Assembly (NCBI GenBank): GCA_964016885.1
Contig: OZ024742.1
Span: forward strand, 275,404,001-275,468,000
Source of the DNA: Eledone cirrhosa
Taxonomy: Eukaryota
DNA: 64,000 bases
Direction: 5' to 3'
In this document: piece by piece, positions 42,900-57,100 of the stretch
Layout of the letters: each line of letters starts with the position of its first letter
Position numbering within the stretch: the stretch's first letter is position 1
Program-made: the position numbers and the translations under genes
Notes under the pieces: model-generated
The model's database searches: none
Seen by the model: the letters and a program-made list of their open reading frames with translations, nothing else
Told to the model about the DNA's origin: nothing

Positions 42900-44310
42900 A
42901 TTTGATATAAAGTTACTATAGATTACCCAACTAAACACCCCAACCATAGATTAACCGTACTAGACACAGAACTCTGGTTCCAAACTATTAGTAATAGAAC
43001 GCAAAACATCCATTCGCATTATGCCAAACCCATGACCTCTGAATACCACCGAAACTCGGATGTTTCGGATCATATAAAAATCAACATACTGATTACAGAC
43101 TTAGTAAGTGTGATGAGGAACGTGTCCCGCGTGTGCAATCGTATGCAACTCTTTGGCTACAATCAGAGAGACAAGATCCGGGTATATAAAGGAGTTAGAA
43201 CAAAATGGGCAAAGATTATAGAAAATGATGCAAATGAATCTTGCCCCATGTATAGGAGCACATTTTGGAACAGAATAGAAAGGCTTAAGAATAAGGCAAA
43301 TAAAATAAACTCATGGTATGATAGCAATAAATACCAGAGTGTAATGTTCGTCAACACAACCCCTAGAGGCGAACTAGCTTATAGATTTTGAAGGGCCCTA
43401 GACAAGCTCAAATTAAATATTAAGATAGTTGAAAGACCATGTATTCCCATAAAAACCCTAATTAGCAAAACATACCAATTTCAAAGATCCCCCTGTGCTG
43501 ATAGGAAATGCATAGTCTGCAAGCTAAGCCAGAAAATTAAGTGCAAAACTAGGAACGTAGTATATAGTATAAGGTGTACTGAGCGACAGTGTAGGAAAAA
43601 GAATATAACATACATAGTTGAAACAACCCATAGCATAGGAGAAAGGATAAGTGAACACTGGCGGGAAATCCAGGATGGGGAAAACTCATCAGTACACCAA
43701 CATGCCAAAATAGAATCTAGGGGCACATTAGAGACAAAAATGATATCCACACAGAAATGATGCAATGCTCAGACAAATCACAGAGGCAACAGATCGAGAC
43801 GAATTCCAATCAAAATTAAACAGAAAACATGAGTGGAATAGCAGCATCACAACTAGTAATTAAGGACAACATGAAGACATGCAGACACACACAAAAACCA
43901 AACTAAGAAAACAAATCAGACACACACAGATAGAACAAACAACCAACTAGTGACAAAGAAATAAACACATAAATAATTAAATAAAAACACACATACACCA
44001 GGATGTAACGCATGCGCAAACTGAGCACATAACACACAACACACAAAAACAAGATGGTGTAGAACAGAGAAAAGGAGAGACACACAAAATAAAAACCTGG
44101 TCATTGAGGTCACAGAATGTGTGACGAAAGAGCTTTGACAATATATAAACAACCATCCGATTATCGAACAAACCAAATAACCAACCGGAAAGTTATAATA
44201 AATTGAAGTGAAAACCAACAGGTGTGTGTGTTTTTATTGGCAGCATGACCCTCCCAAAGTGTAACAATATCTGTTTCAACACACGTTTACACATAAGGAA
44301 TCTCGCAAAA
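42900..44310 (+). mobile_element. PLE (related to 12711-15982), 3' part
   Basis: LTVLDTELW, HYAKP, KINILITDLV, YQSVMFV, NVVYSIRC; the 3' end resembles 15890-15980; hammerhead relic at 44100-44139 (stem I GTCA/TGAC, stem II GTCACA/TGTGAC). Confidence 0.82.
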
Positions 44311-44934
44311 CTAATTCAAATACGAATTATTATACATATCGTACGAGAAAGTCTGATGTTAATATGCTGGTCAGTGAATTTGTTTTGATTGGTGAGGTAA
44401 TTCTGAGCGATGCTTTCGCCTGTAGTGTTGATGGGGGGGTGGTGTGGTGATGATTTGATGGAGCGGGACATAGGTTGTAGTTGGTGGCAGTGTGTGGTGT
44501 TTTACCTGTCACTAGAGAGTTTGGCGTTTACTTTGGGGCTGATACTCAGTGTGGGGTGTGGGTGTGGTGGTGGTGCGATTTATGATACTGGATGGAAGAT
44601 TGCGGTGTTTAGTGTGGGGTATTAGGTGAGGTAGGGGATTGTTAAGGGGACTCATGTTATAAGGGGTTAGTGATCAGAGTGTATGTACAGGCATGTACAT
44701 ACATATATACACGTACACGCACACACACAGGATATACACACACATGTGTGTATACACACTAGTAAGGAAAGATGGTGTGGGCACGTGTGTAAAACATACG
44801 TACACACACACACCCGTCCCCATCCATGCATGCACACACTATATGCATATCGGTCTATACACCCACACTCACTCACACACTTACACGCGCACGTACACAC
44901 ATACACATATAATAAAGATAAACATATATCCATG

Positions 44935-44972
<38 letters not shown>

Positions 44973-45792
44973 ATAGAACGTGTTGTGGGCGGGGGTGTAG
45001 ACTTACACACGCACGCACACGCAGACACACGCGTATAAATCCATGCACACTTAGGCACCAACACATGGACACGTGCACACATATACATACATGCACATAC
45101 ACACACGTGTGCATACATGCACATACACACACGTGCATACATGCATACACACACGCGCGCGCGCACACACACACACACACATAAATATATATATATATAT
45201 ATATACAAGCTATACTCACGTATGCGTGCACAGACGCAAGAGATGGTGCACATTGCGAGCGCAGGTGTAAAAGTATATACACACGCACACACAGACGGAC
45301 ACGCTCGTACATGTCCATGCGCCTACTGGCACTCGCAACTACACACACACAAGTTTGGGTATACACCCTCATCTATGCACGCGTACATACACCTATATAT
45401 ACACATGCACATAAGTACACACATACGCAGGAAACACATACAGAAAGACATGCACCCGCATGCACATCACCCCACACAGGCGCGCGTAAAGTTGGTAGAA
45501 AGGGTATTAGAAATGATGAAGTGGTGAACTTACAGATACAATATGTGGTGTTCCGAACAGATGTGGAAAGGTGTGTTGTTGGTTGTATGGTCTTGCCTCG
45601 TTGTGATGTGGTATGTGTTGGTGAGATTAATGGTTCTGGGTGTATGGTGATGTGTTTAGTGGTGGCGGGTGTGATGAATGCGACATGACATTTACAGGAT
45701 CGAATCTTACAATGGGTTACAGATTAAAATATGACAGAGAAAACAATGCTACTGGAATGAGAAATGGTTGGATAAAGCATTGGTGATTATCC

Positions 45793-47150
45793 CTATGTTG
45801 AGTTCGAGTCAGGGTTTGTCCGTCGCACATGACCAAATGTCTGGGAAGAGAAAGTGTTCTTCCTGGTGTATCTGCAGTTTATTATTATGTCTGATCTCGA
45901 GTTTATGGCCGATTTCAATTTGTTAATCTCGGCCGACTCGGCCAGGCATAACCTGCAGTGGTTTCTGCCAGTAGGGGATTGTGCCACGCGTCTCCAAATT
46001 GACCATTTGATCTGGTAACCCAGGTTCTTGTCCTTGAGGTCCCAAATCAAATCCGCCAGTCTGGTTTGGGAGCGTTTGGGCCTGTGGTTGAAAGAGCTAC
46101 TGTGGTTATACAAACGCTCTTTAAATGTAGTCAATGTCGCGCCTATATAGGAGTATTCCTTTCGCCGGCTGTGACATCGCACTAGTACATAATGTTTATG
46201 ACAAGGCACTCATCTCTCAGTGGGCATTCCTCCCACTTTTTGCAGTTGCAGCTGGGGGTTATGGGGTTGTTGTTAAGTTGCCGCTCGCTCGGATTCTGTT
46301 TGGAGATAGCATGTACTTGGTCGTTGTGGGGTGTTTTCTGTGGGATGTTGTTTTGGGCTGTGCTAGTGGTTGGTTGCGGTGATTGCATGTGTTTGCGTAT
46401 TTTTGCCCTATTTGTGTATGCCATCGTGTCGCCTAGATTTGGTGTTGTGGAGAAAGAGAATTTGACAGTGTGCCTATTAAAGAGCTTGTGGTATTTGTGT
46501 GGGTGGGAAGGATTGATCGAGAGCCCTGAAGCAATTTCCCTGTACATTGGTAGCAACGTGTATAGAGTACGGGGCCTTGTACCATGTCACGGGTCGTCTG
46601 CGCTGGGCCTTACGGCGTTTTGTGCGGTTGTTGTGGCTTGGTGCATGTATGGGTATGTTTTAGTCAGGTGTATTTGTCTTGGGAATTCCTGCTAATCTAG
46701 TGCCGTTTAATCTAGGATCCCTATTACTACGTAGTCGTGTGCTATGTTCCGAGTCCTTACGGGGGTTGGAGGGTATATCTTTATCTCCTTGGCTGTTGTA
46801 TGTATCGCTGCCTGTCCTGGCGGCTAAGGGTGATCCATATGTGGTAGTTATTCTAGGTGGAGTGTCATCGTCCATTTGTGTTTCTAAAGGTCTGTGTGGG
46901 TTTAGCGGCGTTGCGCTGTTGGTCTGGTTGTTGTAAGCTATCATCACATTGTAACCAGCCTTTTCAAGTGCGGTGCTATAGTATTCCGCATGTTGGTTGA
47001 AGATAGATCTATTAGCCGACAGGGTGGACACTCTGTGGGAAACACTCTTAACTATCGTGTTAATTATACTCTTGGTGTGGCTGGAGTGCCTATTGTCATA
47101 CTTTAGGTGTTCGTTGGGTTTATGGTACACGCGATAGAACCCTGTGTCTA
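45793..47150 (-). mobile_element. Naiad-type PLE RT C-terminus plus GIY-YIG (3' UTR probably extends left to ~44330)
   Basis: YHKPNEHLKY..SSH, KLFNRHTVKFSFS, CNCKKWEECPL..C, YSYIGAT..FKERLYNH, CRLCLAE. Confidence 0.85.
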
Positions 47151-47733
47151 ATTCCGAATATTAACCATATGATATTATTAATATTCGGTTTGTATGCAAG
47201 AAAACAGCTTTCACAAACACCACGTATTAGATAACATCATCCTTTTGTTCCAGTCGTAGTTGAGAGAAAACAATCGACAATTGACAATTGTTTCGGAATG
47301 TGATTCTTGTCAAAATTGTGTATTCTGCTCGCTGCTGCCCGCAGGAACAGCTGAGAATACATCGTATTCTCAAATGTATACATCAGCTAATTAGCCTCAT
47401 TTGCATACCGAGCGATGTTACGACCGGCGTTGAGGAAAATCAAAATACAATTTTATTCCAGCAGTAGCTGAGAGGAAACAATCGACAATTGACAATTGTT
47501 TCGGTGTGTCTTGCACTTGTCAAGATTGTGTTCTGCTTGCTGTTATTAGCTGGAACTGCTGACAATACATAGTATTGTAAACAAACAATATCTCGCATTT
47601 TCGAGCTGTAAGCATAAAATTTATGAAACATTTTCGTATTACACTATATTCTAACAGATAGTACTGGTACTAAGCCCATGATATACGCCATGATGAGGTA
47701 GCTTAAAACAATCTAATTTTATACTCAACTTAT

Positions 47734-47782
<49 letters not shown>

Positions 47783-47927
47783 CTTGAGTATATGTTGGTT
47801 GTTTACCGACACTTCAGTATGCAGATTGGAGCACTCGACGAAGTACGCAGGTTGGTTTGGTTACTCCGGAGTAATGTAAAATAATTAAGTCAAATATTTC
47901 AAATTTGGTTTCGTTTATTAAAGATGT

Positions 47928-47982
47928 ACTGCTATATATATTTCGGTGACAGCCATTATCGGCTGTGACCTCCTCAAGCAGT
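47928..47982 (-). ncRNA. Minimal type I hammerhead ribozyme
   Basis: ACTGC TTGAGGA GGTCACAGCC GATAAT GGCTGTCACC GAAA TATATA T A GCAGT: 5-bp stem I, long stem II, palindromic stem III. Confidence 0.8.
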
Positions 47983-49138
47983 CCGAATTGGTGCGTTAGA
48001 GACCGGTACACATGTTGTTGAAGTGTTTTACTCCGTCAGTACTCCGATATGTCCAGCTCCTGGTTGGGTTGTTATTTCTCTGAGGAACTGGAATCATATG
48101 AATTCGAACAAACGAATTTCGGCGTCATAGGACACTCTCTCCTCCCATTGGTCAGTTGTGAGAACATTCCTCAGTCAAAAGTCTATAGAAATTTTTCTGA
48201 GGCAAGACAATCTGTTGTGGTTGTTTTTATTAAGTACAGCTGACCTCCTTCATTGTGTTGGTAGTGGTAGTGCTGTTAAGGGATCAGCTGGCAGGTCAGC
48301 TTTGGTTTGCTGCTGCTATGTTCAGAAGAATTTGTGTGTGGGGGTTGGCATCTATCCTGCCACCATTTCACGTGGGGGAGGTCAAACAGATAAAAAAGAA
48401 TGAGATAAAATAAAAAATAAAAAAATAAAAAATAAATAAATAAAATAAAATAAAATGCGTGTGCGTTACAACCAATATCAAAGTTTGAAAGATTTGGAAA
48501 ATATTGACTGAAGTAGAAAGGCTGTGTCAGAATCTAAAAGTGCAAAGGATTATAATCCTTACACTATCATGGGGTGGTGCGTTTTAAGAGCAAATGGTGC
48601 TCTTAAAACGCACCATTTGCTCTTAAATATAAGTTCGGCTATATATCAGACGTATTGCAGAATATCGTTCGATCTGTCCAGGTCTGTTGTTTTAACCTGA
48701 TTAGTTCTTTCGTTGTTTTGGTATTGTATGGTTGGGTTTTGCCTACCACAATTTTCAATTTGTCGTAATATTATTACTCTAAGGACCTACCCTTATTGAG
48801 TGCTTTGCTACTCATTCCTTATTGTAGGTCGACTTTGCTTGGCCACAGCCAAAGCTTTGACTTTACTAAGCTTCCACTTGTATATATATATAATTAGAAT
48901 TTTATTTCTCGTTCTAGCACAGCTAATACATAAATGTAAATATGCATACGTACACACACATGCGCACATACACTCACACATATGTAAACATATATAGAGA
49001 CATATAGATAAACACATATAGGTTATATCGAATATTAATGATAATATTCGATTCATTTGCAAGCAAACGGCCCGACAAAGCTGTGCTGTGCCTTGATGAC
49101 AAATTGTCATCCGTTTCTTCAACAAGGGCATCGAGGAA

Positions 49139-49179
49139 CAATCAACATGTTTCTTGATCATTACCCTTCATCAGAACTG
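49139..49179 (-). ncRNA. Decayed minimal hammerhead
   Basis: CAGTT CTGATGA ..GAAA CATG T T GATTG; stem II is weak. Confidence 0.5.
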
Positions 49180-49252
49180 TTTACTTCTCTGCTAATCTAT
49201 TCAACAGTTGAAATTATATAGCATTTCCTGAAGTGTACATTGGCTGAAGCCA

Positions 49253-49785
49253 GTGCATTACTGCTACTTTATTTTATCGACCCCGTAAGGATGAAAGGCA
49301 AAGTTAACCTCGGCGGGATTTGAACTCAGAATGGCAAGGGCCGTAACTCAATGCGTCAAAGCATGGCGTCCGACCCTCCACCGATACTGCCAATTCACCG
49401 CCTTAATCCACCATAATAATAATTGTTTCTACTTTTGGCACAAGGCCAGCAATTACCCAGTGCATTACTGGTACTTTATTTTATCGACCCCGTAAGGATG
49501 AAAGGCAAAGTTAACCTCGGCGGGATTTGAACTCAGAATGGCAAGGGCCGTAACTCTATACGTCAAAGCATGGCGTCCGACCCTCTACCGATACTTAATA
49601 ATAATTGTTTCTACTTTAGGCACAAGGCCAGCAATTACCCAGTGCATTACTGGTACTTTATTTTATCGACCCCGTAAGGATGAAAGGCAAAGTCAACCTC
49701 GGCGGGATTTGAACTCAGATCGTAAAGGGACGTAACTATGCTGGAAAGCATGGCGTCCGACCCTCTACCGATACTGCCAATCCAC
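49253..49785 (-). mobile_element. Array of three Nin-domain SINEs
   Basis: Three ~180-bp units separated by short (TAA)n. Confidence 0.9.
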
Positions 49786-50475
49786 AAGCAACAAGTCGAA
49801 AAATTACTGAACAGAACACAGACAAAAACAAATGCAACAACAAAAGAAAAACAAATTTCAAATGTTTTGAGCGCAACAACCCCTACATCCCTCGTAGCTA
49901 AAATCAAAAACAGCAACAGCAGCAACAACACTAGTAACCGATGTTACTGGCCTTGAAAAATGGATGTAGTGTAGTAGTTGTTTATTGCTCGTGTTTAAAG
50001 CCTGTGTACTGTGTTTCATTTTGGTTGTTTTGTTGCGTTTGCTTTTGTTGTGGTTGCGCGTGTGGGTTTGTTTCTATATCCCTTGTTGTTGGTGTCTTTG
50101 TGATGTTGTTGGTGGTGTTGTTGGGGATGATGATGGTGATGGTGTTGGTGTTTGCGGTGATGAGGATGATGATGCAGGAGTGTTTGGTGTTGGTGTCATC
50201 GATGTATTAACTTTCTTGTTTTTTTATTTTTTTGTTTGTTTCGCTCTCTAATTTTTGGAGGGTTCTTTCTTTTCTGGCGTATAGATACAGTTTTCCAGCC
50301 CTTCTCCTCTTCACAATCCGTCTCCACTTGGGAGGGGTCGGGAGTGGAATATCCTACTCAGGCGTTGGCGTTGGTTATGACGTGGTGGATGTTGGTGGCG
50401 CTAGTGCTTCTGGCGCGGTGGTGATGGTGGTCTTACTATCATTGCTGCTACGGTTGCTGCTGCCGTTTTTTTTCT

Positions 50476-52754
50476 TACTGCAGGCGCCTGAGGATTACCC
50501 TCAGTAGCGCTAGACTGGCATGTGGGAGACGTACGAGTTCATCCATGCTGGAGTTGAGTTGGTGGTGATAATAATCCACCATCAAAGCCGGACATCTCAT
50601 CCAAAGATGTTCGGAGGATTCTTCCTCCTCTCCGCACAGACGGCATGTGTTGATTTCCGCTTGGGCGATCGTATGGAACCATCTCCTTAATGACGTGTCA
50701 TGTCCGCTGCGGAAGCGGATGAGATGGTTCCTATCTGCTTTTGAGGGAGTTTGCTCACTCTCTTCATTTGGGTGGCGGCTAAAGACTGATTGTAGACGTT
50801 GATGCTGGATCAGTGGTGGGCAAAATTCCCGGCGAATGACGGCGCTTCGGGTGGCGACATCATTTGGATTTTCCAGATGAGTAGATACTGAGCCTTGTTT
50901 CGCCTGGGCGTCTGCTAGTTCATTCCCTTTGATGTTGCAGTGCCCCGGGACCCAGACAGCTGCTAAGGTTCTCCCCTTTGTGATTTTGTTAGCGATCCCT
51001 TGCAGCTCGGTAATGAAAGGGTCATGGGGGCAGGGGTTGTTGACTGCTTGAACCAGCGACTTGCAATCACAGATGACAGTGGAGGTCTACCAGCTGGTGC
51101 CTGCCTGCAACCATAGGAGGGCTTGCTTGAATGCAATTGTTTTGGAAAGAAAGGAACTGCTACGAGCGCCTGTCGGAGCGTACCACTCGTGAACTACCTC
51201 TTCATTTTGGATGATTACGAGACCGGCACCGCCATTGGTTGTACCGTCGCATGTTGATCCATCTGTATACACGCAAATGTCGACCGGGGGGGGGTCGATA
51301 GATGATCAAATGTCGCTTTAAGTTGTAGTGCTACTGGCATTGATTTGTTCACCGGGGTAAAGGTAGCAGGGATTGGTGGTGGTAATTCCCACGGCGGCTT
51401 CTTATGTGGTAGTTGGGTGTCTGTTGTTGAGTGCATGCCAAGACGATCAAGGGCTGGCAGCTGTCTACATCGCCAATCAAGACGGTGGAGTAGGCGCCTT
51501 ACGTTAGCATTGAGTAATTGGTTTCGATGATTGGAGGTGGGGAGGAGTGCCCATTCATCCGCTTTCAAGAGGGAGAGAGCATGAAAGCGGCATTCCAACG
51601 GTGGAAGGTGTGCTTCAAGTAGGACAGCCTCAGTTGGTGCTGTGCGTTCATGTCCAGTGATCGCTTGAGCTGCTTCTAGTTGTGCTCTTTCAAGCTTGCC
51701 GATGTTAGTGGCTGACAACCAGGGAGCCCAGCCTGGCGAACCGTACTTGGCCAGGCTGCAGTGCACTGCGATGTATACTTGACGAAGATCTGCTGTATGT
51801 CAGCCCCAGGAGGTACCCCTCAAGGGTGCGCAGGATGTTGACACGTGGTTGAAGTTTTTGGCAGATCTTTTTAACATGTTCCCCAAAGGAGTGTCCTATC
51901 ATATGTGATGCCCAAAAAGAGGGGATTAGGGTTAAAGGATAGTTTTACCCCGTCAATAGTAATATTTGGTTGCCACCCCGCTTCTGGACTGAATGTTCCA
52001 AAGAAGGTTGACTAGCATTTTGATGTGTTAAGTGGGAGTTTATCCACTTCCTTTTGTAACCGTTGCGCTATTTCCTCCTTTTTCTTACCGCAGCACGCGA
52101 TAGCAAGATTATCGGTGTGTGAGCTGACATGTGGTGTGTTGTCGAATTGATCGAGTAGACCATTTATGAAGATTCTGAAAAGCATTGGTGAAAAGACGGA
52201 ACCTTGCCTTAAGGTAGCATTTCTTTAAACACGCGACTGCGACCAATGGTCCCATTAATTCGGACTCTTGCTATACGGTTTGTAAACCAGGCGAATAACC
52301 ACTCGATGAAACGCAGGGGAATGCCAAGCCTCATCATATTTTGCAACAGTCTTGTTCTCCGCACACGATCATACGCACGGCTAAAGTCGAAGAATGTAAT
52401 AACGATGCGGTTTCGATCCGACGACTGGAACCCATCTGAAATGAACTGGGATAATCGGAGGCACTCACTGATCGGTGGTGCTGCGGCCCTTTCTGAAACC
52501 AGCTTGCCAGGGACTAAAAATGGAGTGTTCCTCTAGCCACCACGTTAACCGGTTCGCAATCAAACGCTCTAAGAGCTTCTCTTTCGTTGAGGTTAGCACA
52601 ATTGGTCGATAAGTCCCCACGTCCCTCGGATCTTTCCCTTTTTTTATGAAAGGGAACGATAGTCGCCATTCCCCAATGTTGTGGGCAGCAATTCTCCAAC
52701 CAGCTGAAATTTAGTAGGTCTAACAATGATTTTAAGGCCGTTGGTGTTTAGAAA
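50476..52754 (-). mobile_element. Ingi/I-group LINE (RT, RNase H, CCHC), decayed
   Basis: YRPIVLT, FFDFSRAYD, QGSVFSP, FLGITYD, YTDGS, WVPGHCNIKGNELAD, CRLCGEEEESSEHLW; stop at 50476-50478. Confidence 0.85.
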
Positions 52755-53159
52755 CAAAACAATATAATTTTTTAAAATACGTTCGCAATTAAACTGTACA
52801 AAAATCGCAAACTTGCGTGTATACTTCGACGTGTATACTTCCACAATAATAATCCAGCTGTCAGCGTCGAGTCTCGCTTTCTGTTTCGTCCTTTTCCTTT
52901 TCCATTTCCTTTTTCGCTTCGTCAGCTCCACACAGTAAATGTCAGGAGAAAACCATTTCGTTCTCTTCGTCATCAAGCAGCGGTCGAGAAGTGGATGATA
53001 CTGATGCATTTAACAACAATAGAGGTAGCAACAGCGGCGGCGGTATTGACAATAACACCTGTGGTGACAGTGGCGGCGGCAGCAACAGTCAGCACGTTTA
53101 TATGGACCGAGATCTTCCAGAGGTGTGCTGTGTTAGGTCGTGTTCAGGCGACTTATGAA

Positions 53160-53350
53160 CTCGGACCTTATCCTACCCAGATAAAAACACTAGGAAAGAT
53201 GTACGGGAGCTACGACTCAACATCCAGGGTGCTCGAAACTCACCAAGACAAAACATTGAAGCAGCTTTCACTATCGACGAACTACAGAAAGCATTGAACC
53301 AAATAAAAGCCTGGAAAGCGGCTGGTCCCGACCAGATAGCACCAGATATT
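53160..53350 (+). mobile_element. Inverted upstream piece of the Ingi-like LINE
   Basis: FTIDELQKALNQIKAWKAAGPDQIAPD, the RT segment expected just before the point where the minus-strand part begins. Confidence 0.7.
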
Positions 53351-53800
53351 TCTGCCGTTGCTGCTTCTGTTTCTTTTTTTCTGTTTGAGCCAGTGTGGTA
53401 GGCAGGAGAGGTGGCCTTAAGTTTGTAGCCATCCCCTGAGGGCAGAAGGCTTTTAGGTGGGTTCCATCACCACGCCGCACCTTGGCCTTCTACCTTTAAC
53501 TATTATGGTGAGGTGGCTGCCGTCATCGAGGTCTATCACCTTTGGAATCACCTGGATGTTTTTCTGGCCTGCCTAGATCAGGATCTCCATTTCCTCACTC
53601 TCGTGAGCCGTTGTCTGCAGTAACGTGTGTGAACTCGTCACTCTTTAGTGGAGCCATGGAGTGCTCTCTGGCTTTCTGTGGGGTTCCAAAGAACACATCC
53701 ACGATCCCATATATTTGTCCACATATGATGTAGGTTTTCTGAGCCCACACATGTCCCAAATACGTTCGGATCTGGGACTCGGATGCCCGTTCCAATCTGT
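53350..53800 (-). pseudogene. LINE ORF1-like fragment, paralogue of 33969-34706
   Basis: ERASESQIRTYLGHVWAQKT..YGIVDVFFGTP, VIDLDDGS..GRRPRC. Confidence 0.7.
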
Positions 53801-54129
53801 GTGTTTTCAGTCCATTGTATCAGTCCACTGTCAGTCCACATGGAAGTGTGATGGTGGTAGTTCTATGGTGGAAAAAAATCCAATAGCGTTTCAACTCTGT
53901 GAGAGTATATGTATGTATAAAGGAAAGTAAGTCAATGTTTCTGTGTGTGTGTATAAGTGTGTTTGTATAAAATATATATTATATATAATATTTGAGTTTA
54001 TGTATGTTGATTTAGAAAGTTACATAGACAATAAAATTACAGACACACATGCATTTAGACATACCTATAAATCAACAGACACACTTAAACAACAATAATA
54101 TTTATGATGTAAGGAAAATTTCAAATATC

Positions 54130-57100
54130 TCAAAAAGAAAGCTCTGAAACAGAAAGGAAATGAATGAAGAAAAGAAGCAAATTCAGAGAGCAAGAAATCG
54201 AGAGTATCAAAGAGAAAGACCGGACAGGCTCTCAATTAAAAAGGGAAATAAATTTAGAGAAGAAAACGGATTAGCTCTCCAAGAGTTGAGAGGACATTTG
54301 ACAGAAGAGATGAAGTAAGAGAGGAAAATAGAATTTCTCATAATGAAACAAGACATTCTCAGACTAGGGAGGAACAAGAAATTGTAACTCAAGTAAAAAG
54401 ACCAAGGTATGCTGAACTACGTAGTTCTGTTAAATCATTTACAAATGCAGCATTTGAATATGATCTAAGTAAAGATTGTGATAATCTATCAAATTTAGGA
54501 ACTATGTCAGTAGTTTGTAAGCATTGTTGTGCAAAACTATTTAAAGATGAACCTGAGGGATGATGTTGTTCAAATGGTAAAGTTAAATTGAATTTAATTG
54601 AAAGACGACCTGAACCTTCACATACACTAATGGTGGGGAAAACACGGGATTCCAAAAACTTCTTAAAGAATATAAGAAATATAACGAATTATTTTCAATG
54701 ACATCTTTTGGAGTCGGTGAATCAATATCTCTACTGCCGGGATTCATGCCACTTTTTAAAATACAAGTTCAAATTTATTATGGAATAAGTGCTCAAGTTT
54801 ATTTTATTGATATTTAAATGAACAATTAGTAATAGTAGATTTCATGAAACACACTTACTATAATGCTTTTGGAAAATAGGGAGTTTATCAGACAAATTAA
54901 AACTATGGTATCTTTTGTTAACAGTCCAAATTTTCAATTGTCAATTTGTGCGGATAGAGTACCAGCTGGTGAGCATGCGCGAAGGTACAATGACCGAGTA
55001 TCTACCGATATGGGATTAGTAATGGCTGGAACTGAATTTCCACGAAAAAACATCATTTTTGCTTATAAAGATAACACTGTAAAGGAAATCAATGAATTAC
55101 ATAGATTCTATGACCCATTACAATATTCTTTGATTCATTGGAGAGGAAATTATGGCTATTCGTTGGATTTACCTTTATACAACACAAATACAAATCAAAC
55201 AGTCCAAAATAAAAACGTTAGATGTAGGCAATATCATGCATATACAACTAAGAAATACTTGGAATCAAATTTATAACTAAGAAATACTTCCAAATGTATT
55301 TAGTTGATATGTATGCCAACATTGAGTTTGAACGGTTATTGTACATTAAGCAGCACCAAACCAAACTATTGGTTGAAGAGTATTCGCTTTTAAAAGATTC
55401 TCTAAATGCACAAGAATTAGGTGGGGCTGTAATTTTACCTTCTACTTTTGTTGGAAGTCCAACATATTGGAAGGCAAGAACTTAAGATGTGATGTGTTAT
55501 GTGAGAGAATATGGTGGGCCTGATTTATTTATAACATTCACTTGCAATCCTAAATGGAATGAGATCATGGAGAACTTATACAAAGGTAAAAAAACCCGAA
55601 GATAGGCACAACATAACTGCACGAGTTTTCAAGCAAATGTTAAACAAAATGATAAAAGTATTGGTTAATAAGAGAGGTGGAATATTTGGCAAAACAAAGG
55701 CCTACATATATACAGTAGAATGGTAGAAAAGAGGCTTACCACATGATCATATCTTACTTTGGTTAGAGCAAAAGATTTATCCAAATCAAATAGATTCAGT
55801 AATCTCTGCAGAAATTTCCAATCTAATTAATTATCCTCATCTTTATGATATTGTCACTACACAAATGGTCCATGGTCCATGTGGTTTATTAAATCCGCAC
55901 TATCCATGTATAAAGGATACAAACTGTAGGAAAAATTACCCAAAATATTCAATTAATGAAATCAGGATAGATGTCACAGGATATCCGTTATATAGACGGA
56001 GAAAAACAGAAGATGGAGGAAAAACAGCAACAAAAATAAGAAACTCAAAAACATATACTATTGACCTTACAATTGTAACATGGTTCCTTTTGAAAGTATT
56101 TAAAATCCAATGTAGGACTTTGTTCCTCTCTTCAAGGTATATATAAAGTATATATAATTAAGTAGTTTAATAAAGGTAGCGATGCTGCTGTTCTAAGAAT
56201 ATGAATAATGACCAATATAATGAAGTCAATAGTATGGAAAAAAATCCTTCAATTTAATATTCATATGCGATATCCAGGTGTTCAATAATTGGTTATACAT
56301 TTAGACAATGGCCAAAGAGTGTACTTCAACAGCAATAATGTTGAAAGTAGAAGTAGAAATACCCAAAATACAACTTTAATTTCATACTTCAAATGAAACG
56401 AAACTGACAAATATGCAAGAACTTTCCATACCATTATACTCTTACTTCAATAAAACATGGAAAAGAAGATTGAATGGTAGATTTGTGCAAACATGTTCTA
56501 GAATTTCCACAGTACTACCTAATCAAACAGAATAATATTGTCTCAGATTATTGATGAACGTAGTTAGATGTCCAAAATGTTTCAGAGACGTAATACCACA
56601 TGAGGGTATTGTATATAATACATTGAGAGAAGCATGTTTGGCAAGGGGGTTGTTAGAAGATGACAATCATCTAAAACTAGCACTTAAAGATACTGTTTCT
56701 ACCAAACTGCCATGCCAGGTGCGATACTTCATTTCAATCCTTCTGATCCTGTAGAATTTAAACAACCAATGTCAGTTGATATTCTAAATCGTTTGACAAA
56801 CAATCAACAAGAAAAAATTAATTCTGAAGAAATATTTTCCATTGAACTTTTACACAAACTTAAAGCGCTTTTACATGAAATAGGACAAAAGGCTTTCATT
56901 AAAATAGGACAAGCTGAACCAACTTATAAAGAACTAGAAATAAACAATATTGAAAGAGTAAATTAGAAATAAGAAACACTGTAGATGTGAATGAATCATT
57001 GTTGCATGAAGAACAAATGATGCAATAACCAATAGAAATGAACAAACATTATACTTTTTTAGATGCACCAGGTGGAACTGGAAAAACAGTTTTAACCAAT

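Noticed and set aside
49253-49785. CRISPR-like periodic array
   Set aside because: Units are ~180-bp SINEs with pol III boxes; no unique spacers and no cas genes
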